A stretch of DNA of 64,000 nt from Lingula anatina (Eukaryota; Animalia; Brachiopoda). The stretch's first letter is position 1, and each line of letters opens with the position of its first letter. The position numbers were made by a program, and so were the translations under genes. Below, one piece after another: positions 23,801-35,800 of this stretch. The stretch is taken from contig CM120641.1 in assembly GCA_051362555.1 (NCBI GenBank), positions 37,764,401 through 37,828,400 of the forward strand, written 5' to 3'. The notes below the pieces were generated by a model. That model did not search any database and was not told the origin of the DNA. It saw nothing but the letters and a program-made list of their open reading frames with translations.

Positions 23801-26800
23801 TCTCAGCACTCATTCTGGACTTCACCTTCTCCAGATTCTGTACCTTGATGTTGGCAGCATCCAGTTGGTTCTCAGCCTCAGCCAGTTTAGCAGCAAGCTT
23901 GCGCCTGAAGATACAAAGAATTATAAGTACAAATGTTTGGATATATTTACTTGCAGAGTCATTTGTACATATGGACTCAATTTCAACAAACTGATCAACA
24001 AAACCACTGCTTCATTCATATTCTATAAGTTTCTTAGTTTAAGATATGAATTTACATCAAATTACCATAATAAATTTGGAAAACTTTATAAAACATGATA
24101 AAAAGACTAAAAGAGAAACCAGATGACAAATTATGCATCTTTTGACTTACTTGGCATCCTCTAGTTCCTCAGCACGAGCGCCGCCCTCAGTCTCAAACTT
24201 GTTGCGCCACTGTTGTGCCTCAGCCTGGGCTCTGGCAAGGTGACGCTGAATGTCGGCCTTGCCCTCTTGTTCCTCTTCAATTTGGTCACGAAGGCTGTCC
24301 AGGTCAGACTGGAGGTTACGCACCTCACTGGCCAGCTTAGTTCTTGCCTGAGAGATTAAATTCAAATTTATAGTTTTTGTTTGTATAAATAATATATTTT
24401 CATAAGTGTTTGTGAAATCTAGTTGTATCCCATGTATAATTCTAGGTAATGCATTTCTGGTCTCTGAAGCAACTTGACTGCACATTTTACAATTTAACAA
24501 GACAATTTTCTCTACCTCAAACAAAAAGAGTATAATTATCAAACTGGCAAATTTTACTCATTTTTTCTCACGTTATATATTTATATGCTGTCACTACAAT
24601 ATTGATAAATAAGATATGTTACTTACTCTGGTCTCATCTTCCAGGGACCTCTTAGCATCATCAACCTGAGCCTGAATCTGTTGTTTCTGTTTCTGCAGGG
24701 TGCTGATGGTGTGTTCAGCCTCTTCCAGCTGGCGGCTGAGGTCGCTGGCTTCGCTGGCAGAACGGCCCTTAGCAGAGTTGAGCTCATTGATGGTGCGGGA
24801 GTGTTCATCGATCTTGGCATTGGCCTCGGACAGCTGGGACTCGAGCTGCTTGGTGAGCTTGTCAGCTGCAAGCTGTAGGGAAAGGAGATTGTTTAAGTAG
24901 TTTCTATCCTATTAAAGCTTGAAGTCACTGATTAAACAAATCATCAGTGAATTGTTCCATCAAAAATTAAGAATATTGATGTAAATAAAATTTGCTCTCA
25001 TATGGGAAAGACATGATTTAAAAGAATGACAACAGTAAAGCTACTTTCGATGAACAAATATATCCCCATTCGCCACTGCAAGCCATCAAATCCAAACAGC
25101 CCCCATGCAGTAATGTGAATAAAAGACTATGATGTAACAAAGAACAACTAGCACATTTATACTACCTTGGAGGATTCAACTATCTCCAAACTGTTCAACA
25201 AGTCTTCGCATTCCGTGCGCAGGTGCATGCACTCTTTTTCAAGTCTGGAATTACAGAATATCGCATGCAAATCAACACACAGCAAACTTTTTAAGATGAC
25301 TGATTCCTGACTTCTGGGAGAAAAAAAAAATGCTCACAGTACCTTATACTAACCCTGGTAGAAGGAGTTACCATTCCATCATGGTGTAACCTTTTTTCCA
25401 TCTAAAATTGGATCATCTGTCTTCCCCTGAAGACTGGTACTGCCTCATAGTCTGCCAAACCACATAAAACCTGTAACTCTAACCTCCCTCTCTATTACCC
25501 CATGCATGTCTGCATTCAAACTACATGCAATATCATCCATGACAAACATTTTACCTTGCTCTTTTTAACATGGTCTAACTGAGCCTGAACATCTTCCATT
25601 TCTGATCTCATTTCATTGCGCTCTTTCTCTACTCTGAAAGGGGACAGCAGGACAAAAGTAGGAACAGTAACAAAAGGATAGCACTGAGAAAGACAGAATC
25701 AAAATTGGACAAAAACAAATGATTTAATCAATTAGAAAAAGTAAGCATAAGATGTGTGATGAGAACTGTAAACTCTACAGAAAATAAGCTTTACAAGAAA
25801 AGAATTCATCTACTTAGATAAATCAAGAGAAATTATGAAACCGGAGTAAAGGTGACTAAAATGATAGGCTGATGTCTGGTAAATCACCAAAATATTCCCT
25901 AATTTAAGATATTATCAATAAGCTAAGATATGTTCTCCCTTCGCCAACATCATGTATCAGTTCTTCATATTATGAAGGCTTAGAATTATTTGATCTGTTA
26001 AATTCCTGAAAATGAAATTAACTTATAATCTACCCCTGCATCTACAGTCTGAGAGTTGGAAATTACTTGAGCAGAAACTTTCCATTTGATATACCCAATG
26101 TATCTATTTCCTATCTTATTATAATTATTATTATTATTATTGTCTACGCACCTTCCCTTCACCTTCTGGAGTTGGTCAAGTTGTTCAGAGAGCTCGTTGA
26201 CAGCATCTTGCTGCTTCTTGCGCAGGCCAGAAATCTGAGCTTCATGCTGAAGGTTGGCCTCTTCAAGATCACGACGGAGCTTCAGGATCTCCTGCTCACG
26301 CTTCTTGTTCAGTTCAACCTGTGAAAAACAATAGAACTATGCTCAAGACCAAGCCATACTAACTTAAAGTACAGGAAATTAAAATACATATAAAAAAGAT
26401 CTTTCATTAAATTCACAACCTTGTCTGTAAATGTACAAATTAACCAAGCTTTATACATATTGCTGTAGCAATTAAAACCATACAATTCAACCTACATTAA
26501 GTACTAGATACTTGAAATATCAAACACATTGTTAAATAGTAAATTCACCTCCTCTAGCCAATAGTTTAACAATGATTCATCCATATGAATCCTCAAAGTA
26601 ATCCTAAGTCTAATTATCTATGAATCTGTGAGAAGAACATGTCCATATAGTGAAAGGTTGAGCTCCTGCTAGTGCAAAAGGCATCATGTCTGTAGAAAAA
26701 GCCACCTCAACAATGCCAGACTCAGTTCTCATTGAAATCTCTTGACTCTGATAAACATCCAGCAATGGATTCCTTTCCCCATCAAACAACTTGCATTGTA

Positions 26801-29800
26801 CAATGCCTTATCTCCCCACCCTCCTCTAAGATTGCTGAGTAAACACACCAGAACTGAGCATTCTGAATGGCTATCTTTGCTAGCTTCTGCCTAGTTTTTA
26901 TCATGGGAGAAGTATATGTATAGAGAATATGGTGCACATCACTGGGTTGCTTTCTAGAAATGCAGACATTGATATCAAACTGGGCCAACACACCTCACTT
27001 CCAAGTAGGGTTGCAACATAAGGGGAATATAGAATGACTTAGGTCACTACTGCAGTGTTATTTTTATATCATAATTGGCAATTTTCTCTGGTTATTAATT
27101 TTTTTTTTTTAAGTTTGAAGGATAAATTATTGACAAGTTTGCTAGTTGTAATACTAATTAGGAAAAAGTTTCCTATCTTACCCAGAACAACACATGGGGC
27201 CAAAATCTCTGTCTACACATATATGCTGTGTATTTCAGCATTTTGGGCAAGTATATACAAGAAATATGTTAAGAATTTTCATTTTTCTTGCCAGTTAACC
27301 TTCAGTTGTCATAGTGTTTCAGAACCATGCCAGAGAAGTAAAAACAAAAAGAGAACCAGTGCCTACCTGAGCAGATGTGGCGCCACCAGCCTCATCCAAG
27401 CGCTCACTGAGCTCATCCAACTCACGGGCAAGTTCAGCGCGGGCCTTTTCAACCTGGTTTAAAAAGGTAAAAAACAATGAATTTTACAGAATAATTATCA
27501 TGTGGGTAGAACAATTTTTAAAGAAGATGGTTACCTGTGAGGAATATTCATAGACTATAATTTACTAATGCAAAATGGTAATATAAGTAGGAAGAAAAGA
27601 TAGCAAATCCAGGTGTATCTTTTTTTTTCTAAGGTGTTTTTCGCCATACATCTTAGGCTTACTCTTTCTCACAATGAAATACAAGCAATTTAACCAGGTT
27701 AACACAAAATTCACCTGGAATCAATTGGTATGTGAGGAAAAATGTTTCGCAAGTCCATACTGTAAGGTTACTGCACACTTCTATCAGATTACCAAATATA
27801 GAATCCCAACATTCCAAACTTATTAGTGAAAGCACTCTTTTTCAAGGTGAAGCAATACTCTTCGGAATGACTGAGCATATTTTTCACTGAACCATTAAAT
27901 ATGACATCTCATTGATTTCTGGACCGCAGATTAAATTCATATTTCCAAATTTCAGAGCTTCACCTGCAGTTTACATAAGCAACAATTTTGGGGACCAAAT
28001 TTCAATAATGATAAAAATAAAACTATACCTTTGATCTTGCTGCTCTCTCTGCCTCAAGTTCCTCCTCAAGTTCTTCAATGCGTGCCTAAAACAAAACATA
28101 TTAATTATCAAAATGCAAAAATATTCTTTACACCTGAGAAAGAAGAAAGATGTACGTTAAAAATCATTTCAAAAGATGTGAAATACTTCTCTACCAATAC
28201 ATCAAGTGTGGCAATTTACCTTACATTTTGTTATGGTAAACAAATTACATGCAGAGATATTAAACACATGCAAAAATAAAGGTAACAGAGACATTACTTC
28301 TAGCATGTTTTTGAGCCCTGGGGCCACCAAAGCTAAATCCTCCGATCTCCTTATAATCTGTTTACTTCTTGTAGTGAGTCTTGGATTTACAGGATTAATA
28401 ATTGAAGTCCTTGTGATGAGGGTTGGGTGACTCCTTATGGAACGGCCAACTTCATAATCCACATCAAAGTCAACTCCAAAATCATCATCGTAGCGCGAAC
28501 TGCCCCTGGTCTTTTTGGTTCTTGAAGAGCTTCTGGAGGACTCTTCCACTACTACACTGGAGGATTTCACGCCAGAGGTTTTTTTAGTCACTGCAGCCTT
28601 GGGAGGGGCACCTGTCTTTACATCTTTGCCACTTCCTTCATCAACCCTAACCTCTGAACTCGTTGCTTTATTAGTGGCACTATCCACCTCAGCTCCACTC
28701 ACTGAGAATATGGGCACATCTTCCACAGACTCATCAACCGAAACCTGCTCTGATGTTTTCTTTTCCTCTTTGGTGGCCATATTGTAGTACAGACAGATTC
28801 AGCACAGTTATACTCCGGTAGTAACAGCAGCACAGTATTACCTTACAAACACACAAGGTTTGTTGACAAGGAGTTGTAGTCCCTCGAAAAAATATCAAAA
28901 TACTATGTGATAGTTCCTCTAACTTGAAGAGAAGTTAGCAGAGGGCCGAAAACCTCCTTCCTACCAGTGCCTCCCAGACTGCAGTATGTGCCAGGGCAAC
29001 AGCTAGACAGACTGAGGAGTAGGTAAAGGTAACACTGAGAGCAAGAAAGTAATGGGTAATGGAGAAGATAGCTACATTCCTTGTGTGTTTGTGGGAAGCC
29101 CACGGCCAGGGTTGAACTGGAAGTTTTCCCGAGGATGCTCAGGCTGCACCAACCAAAGTGACTAACTCATTCCAACATCTGGTGCCTTAAAAGGCCATTG
29201 CATATTTTTCTTTGCTAACATTCAGCTTTCAAGTTATAGGGCAGAGGTGAGAGGGTAATGCATGTTAAAGGATAATGTGCAGCCATCATGTATGAATTAC
29301 AGTAGCTTTGCTACTGGATTCACCCCAGTATCTTTTCCTTATCATCCACTTCCCTGTTATGCATCTTATCATTAAAACAAGATTAGTTAAAGGTCAAATT
29401 GGAATATGGAAAAAGAGCAATATAACCCGAAAAAATTCTGAGGCACCATACAGTTCTGGCAACATCATCATCATATATTCTAGAAAGCTTGCCAAAATCC
29501 AAGGTGAAATAGTTGTGTATGCTGGCTCTTCCCTGGATGTTTGTCTGGTATAGCCATTCTGAACCAGACTTACTAATACACATACATTCATCTTCAGGGG
29601 AGCCAGACAGCATTCAAAACTTTCATAGATTTCCCTTTTCCAAATTTAGTTATCTGGCAGCAAGCTGCTGAGAGATCAACACATTTTCTCCCACCTACAT
29701 GGGGTCAGAAGATAAGGTGGATCTGGTTTTCTAGGGAAAGGCTTTTCATTCTGTCCTCCAAGATGTCTATTTCTGGATACCGGTTTTGATGGCAAATAGA

Positions 29801-32800
29801 AGTTAATCATAATAATCCCAATAGCAAATGTAATGTAGAAATCTTGTTTCTGAAGTAGATGTATATACACATCTTCAATAGGATGGGTTAGTTACATGCT
29901 CCACACATGTAGTAATACTATGTTTGATTTGTCTATAGATAAATGAGCACTACTAGTAAACTTTCCTAGCCTCCCTCCCCCCCCCCCCCCCCCCCCATAA
30001 AAAAAGTAAATATAAATTGTTAAAAAAGGAAAACTATCCATTCACTTTTAACAGATATTTTTCAAATTTAATGGATTCTCAAAATTAATGCCTTATTCAA
30101 TTTTGGTTCATTTGTTTACTTAAAATGGTTCAGTATAGTAAGTCAAATTATAGTTCTAAATGTTTTGTGCTACTTATTGGTTACACAATTTTAAATGTAC
30201 TTAGGTGATTTTACTTTAATATCAAATAATTTACTCTCATTCAAAAACTCACAAAATTTTGATAACTAATTTGAGAAATTCTTCAATCTAGACAAAAGAA
30301 TGATTTTTTTAAAGAACTAATTTGTAAAACATTTCAAAAACATCTGTCACATCCAGCTGTGATAATGCTAGCATGTTGAAATTCATATTTAAAAATTCTG
30401 TTCAATATTTCCACTGTCCTATATCAACAATCTATCTGTAGTCTGGGAGTATTTTCATTAATTAAAGTGTTACTTAATCTCTTTAAGGAGGGGCAATGCA
30501 TTCAAGAAAGTTTACCTGAATTATCATCTCATTCTGATAAGTCACATTCAATGGATGAACATATTCAGTTCATAAGAGCAGATTAAGATAAGAATTAAGT
30601 CCTTTGAGGAGATATAAGAGCTTAAACTGAACCTTAAATAAACTGAAGATAATTGTTGTTCTCTGGTGTAGAGCTGAATGAATTTTGTAAGATTTGTTCA
30701 AGGGACATGATTCTATTCTCACAAATTTTAATTTCATTATAATTGCAAAAAAAAAAAAAAAAAAAAAAAAAAACTCAGTCTATATTTCTCTTTTATGTAA
30801 CTTAAAAATGATTAAAGACCTTTGCATGAATTGTTCCGTCAATAATATCATTCAAGTACTAGTTTGCACTTCAAGATGACTTTAATTAATCACACATATG
30901 GGATGCACTGTATGTTAGATCAATCTGTTTTATGGGGAAATAGTGTGAGATAGTCAGGTTCTAAAGGTAGAATTTATAGGTCAGATCAGACTGAAACAGT
31001 TTGTGTAGCAGGCAAAAGAATTTACTGATATTGTCAAGGTGACAGAGAATAGAGAGTGGTGGTAGAAAATGTAAGAAAGTGTGGGTAGATAAGAAACACA
31101 GCACTCCAGATAAATCTCTTTATTCAAATCACACAAATAAGACACAAACAAAGAGACATAGACAAAGCTACTGGTAGGCAACACATACATACGGCTATCT
31201 AATACCACTTCAAGTCAGATCAGCTACTGTTTGGGATGTTAATGTCACACAAAATCAGAAAGGTAATGTAAGTATGTCACTCATCATAAATCACCCTGTT
31301 GTATTAGAAGAGAAGTACTTTTCATCCCTGTAGAATTTTGATTTTTTTAAAAAATACTAATTAAATGACACTTTAACTGTGTGTAATGAAGAAGGATGAT
31401 TGCAAATAAAATGCCTTTCACTGACCTGGAGTTCCTTGATCTTCTTCTGGAGTTGGGAGACCAGGTTTTGTTCATCCTCAAGCCTGGAGTTCAGGCCGGA
31501 GATCTCAACATCCTTCCTGGAAACCGAGAAAGGCAAAACTTGTAAAAATTTCTGCAAAATCTGCGGATAAGTGGGTGTCAATTTTCAATATTGGCAAAAT
31601 AATTATTATGGATTATAAAAGTATCAAAGAGCAGAACATTTTAAATGGGTATATGACTAAAAAAATTGTAAAATCTTACCTTCTGACATTCTCTTCCATG
31701 TCACGTCTGACACGCTCAAGTTCCTCAACATTTTCTTGTGTCATCTTCAGATCTCCCTCCAGCTTGCGCTTGGATTTCTCCACATCGGCACGCTGTTTCT
31801 TCTCACGCTCAAGGTTATCCTCCAGCTAAAGACAGAAAGAGAAGGCATATAATTTCAATTTTATACAACAATTAATTCATCATAACAGTATTCTTTGGAT
31901 ATTATAGAAGAAAATCTAGGAAATGTTCATAGGGTTTTATGTTAGCAATAATGATCAATTAGGCTAAATGTGTTTATTTAAAAACCTGATCAAATTTAAC
32001 TTAATGATCAAATATTCAATTATTCAAGTCACTTAAAATCTCATTTTGATAAACCAAGTCTTAGTATATCCCTACCTCGTCCAAGGTCTGTTCCAGTTTC
32101 TGCTTGAGTTTGTTGAGGTGGTTGCATTTGTCCTCTTCTGCCTGCAGTTTTTCTTGTGTTTGTTTCAGGTTCTCGCTTGTGTTCTTACCCTCCTTGGTCA
32201 GCTTGGCAATCTGTTCATCTTGTTGGGCCATTTCGTCCTGGAGAGTCTTGATCTGGTGATCCTTGGTCTGTTTCTCTTGTTCAGCCTAATAGCAAAAAAG
32301 GAAAGGTTTTATCTACACTTTTGTAAGTGGTTGGCAAATTCTAAGTTGTTTAATATCAGGGTCTGGTTCAGTTTCAAAATGACCAGTTATTACCAGCTGG
32401 TGATATATCTTTAAATTAAATCAAAAGGTTAAAATGTATTTGCAATACCTAATGCAAATGCAATGGTTCTAACAATAATTAGTTCTCAAAGTTCAACCCA
32501 CCTTGGCAAGAGACTGCTCAAGATCCTCAACATCCTTCTTCAGTTCCTCAGCCTCGGCTTCCATCTTCTTCTTGATGTTCTCAAGCTCTGCAGCAGCGTC
32601 TTCCTCATCCATGAGGCGCTCTTCCATTTCCTTGATCTGTGCTTCATAGTCGACCTTCTGGGAGATGAGCTTCTCAATTCTCTCCTCAGCATCAGCCAAG
32701 GTGTCCTAAAGATATTTCATTTTCTTTATAACATGGGTCAAAAGTACATTAAAAATTTTGCTCCCTTACTCAGACTATAGTCAACATCAAAAGAATTTGC

Positions 32801-35800
32801 CATTTTAGAAAATGAAACTGGCAGGATTGTTTTAAAAAAATTTATATATCACATGTTCTTTAGTACTCTGAACAAGTTTTTATTGCAATTTTAAGTCGGA
32901 AGTTGTATGTGTTTGGTTTCCCTACCTGCTCAGACTGCAGTTGCAAGAACATGTCATTCTTAGCCTGCAGCAGAGTGACATTTTGCTCTTCAAGTTCCTT
33001 CTTCAGCTTCTCGAGCTTGGCAAGGTCTTCCTTGCACTTCTCAAGTTCCTCTTCCTTCTTCTTCATCTCATCCTCAGCACGGGCAATGTTCAGCAGAGGC
33101 TTCACCTAAACATGACAATGAAGGCAATTTTCAATATCTGGCTTGCAAAAGAAACGATATGCTATAAAGAAAATATTCATCTCTTTAACTAAGCACTTGT
33201 GACAAATCCTCCCACAAATGCAAATTTTGTGCCACTATAATATCATTATCCAGTAACCTACACTAGTTCTAACTTCAAGGCATTTGCACTGTTTCATTTC
33301 TAATGAGTCCTCTTCGTCCCCACTTTCAGTAATATACAGAGGTTCCAGTTCTTGATCATCTACATCGCAATCAACTGATTCTAATATCCAGTCTAGTTCA
33401 GATAATATTGCATCTGTTTGGCAAGACCCCATTGTTTCATAGTTTCTCTCAGTTAACCATCCATGAGTGCTTAATTCGGTCACAGCATATTACATAAGTA
33501 GCAAGATATGCAGCCTTTCAATGAAGCAATGTCTTGATCAGGTAGCCACAATAAAAATACACCTGCAACCTCTCCAAGACAATAAAATAACTTGTAAACA
33601 CTGCAGGGTATTTGTGGAGACTATAAATGAACATCACTTTACTCTACTGTGGAGAAGGCCCGTACTATGGGACCCAGTCTCTCCTATTGACAAAGAAATT
33701 AATGGGGTATATGGCCACTTCCTTTGCCAGCAAATGAGGAACACAAATGGGACTTATCACAGTCAACAAGCTTGTTCAAAGATAACATCTACTCAATCCA
33801 GTCAATAAACAAACCCCTGCAGGTCACCTTGTGTCCAGGTGTGTGGGGAAGTCATTAAGTAAAGCAGTGGAGGAACCTAATTGATAATAAATACTGTCAA
33901 CAAAGGGGCTTGTAAACATGATAGCATTGATGGTAGACAATAAGGTAAATGGGAGGGGATTATGTGGATGTAGATAAACCAGGTATGGACTTGATAAACT
34001 GCCGAGTGAAAGATATTCTTCAGTTGTGCTCTTGAAGAGGGATTGGAATCATTGCTCTTTTTTATTTTATCTTTTTTTCCTTCTTAATTTTAAAGAAGAT
34101 ACTCACTCTGGTGTACAGCTTCCACCACTGCCAGTTGCGGAGCTGCAGGTACTTGCGAATGTTTCTCTGGATGACAGACAGACCAACTCTGAAAAGTGGA
34201 GAAATGTAAAGGTTAATATCAACAAATCTTAAATTTCATTAAATAGATAAATGATTTGAATGAAAAAAAGTATTTCAGTTGATTAATCAATTTTAGTTAA
34301 GTTGTGAACTTGTGTATAGTTATAACAACTTAAAATGTATATATAACACATTAAGTGAAGACTACATGATCCATTCTAATTATTTCCAATATAAACCCCA
34401 CCCCTTCTTACCTCTGGTCTTGCAGTTTCTTGTATTGTTTGCGCATGATGTAGCCACGGATGTGAGCCTGGAACAGGGAGATGATCTTGGAGAGACGCTC
34501 ATCACGGAGATCCTCAAGATGACCTAGGACACCAGCACGGAAGAAGACCTTGGTGCTGCCAAGACGGTACTCATTCTCATCCAACTGCAGAGATTCCAGG
34601 ATCTTCTGGGAGACAAGTTTGCCCTCCACGAAGCCCTGGGGGATGGCATTGGGAGCCAAGATGGAGTATCTGCAAGTGACAAACGGCAGGTAAACTATGG
34701 ATGAATGTCAGGTGTTTTTCTTGTTGATGATACCAAACTATACATTTTGACTTACTTCAAGAATATAACTCAATAAAAATTCATACATCTTGAACATAAA
34801 ACTATATGAAAAACTGTTTCCTGAGATTCTTCCCTACCCACCTCTGCTTGAATTCAGAGTAGATCATCCTGTTGGGGAAACCTTTACGGCAGATACGGAT
34901 ACCCTCAAGTACACCATTACATTGCAGCTGGTTCATCACAAGGAAGGAGTCAATCAGACCTGGAAAAAATCAAATGAACATTTTTTCAATAAGTCTACAA
35001 AAACCACTTTTGGGATAATGACTTGAAGATTAAAAATTAAAAAATACATACTTAAACTTTACACTTGTATTTTGCTTCTTTGTATGAAATATGACAATTA
35101 ACAGATTAAAAAGTACACTGCAATATGTGTGAAAAGAAATAGTAAGAAAAACACATGACACACAACATGCAAAGACAGTTTTCCTTTAAAGTTTCCCAAG
35201 ATCATAATAAAAAGCCAGACTATTCTAACTCTCAAAATCACACATTCTCCACCCTCCCCAAATTTTAAAGCTTCAAGATATGCCTGATAAAATAAATTTT
35301 GACAGGACTAAAGAAAAAAAAAACCGCTCAACTTTTAAAACCACCCATGTTTTATAAAAAGAATAACCTTTCTCCTTATAACTACCAAAATGTAAAATGT
35401 ATGAGATAGTGAGCTAGACTGGTCATCATGCAGCACCTGACCACTGTACAGAATGGTTGGACACATCAAGACACCAGGTAACACAACATCTACTTCTGGT
35501 CACCGATGAATGATGTGTCCAACAGCGGTGGTGGCTGCCCAGTGGTCAGGGATGTTACCTGGTGTCTTGACTTCATTAGGAATAATACACCTGATGAAGT
35601 GCGGCTGAGTGCTGCGTAAGTTGGTCATCAGCTTATTTAAACTCTCCTGTGAGTAGGTAGGTGTGTGGTTGGGTGGGCAGAGGGGGAGACAAAGAGAAAC
35701 ACAAGGTTAGTGTCTAACAACAAGGAAAAAAAGGTAGTTTATGGGTAGAGCCAAATATTAATTAAGTCATGCTGAGCACACATGGGAAAGTACAGCACAG

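Noticed and set aside
26600-27000. GC-richer intronic island with short ORFs, possible third internal first exon
   Set aside because: No ATG-initiated frame reaches a phase-compatible donor.
21389-35026. Many + strand ORFs (and off-frame - strand ORFs) over the myosin rod
   Set aside because: They are antisense or alternate-frame shadows of GC3-rich coiled-coil exons.
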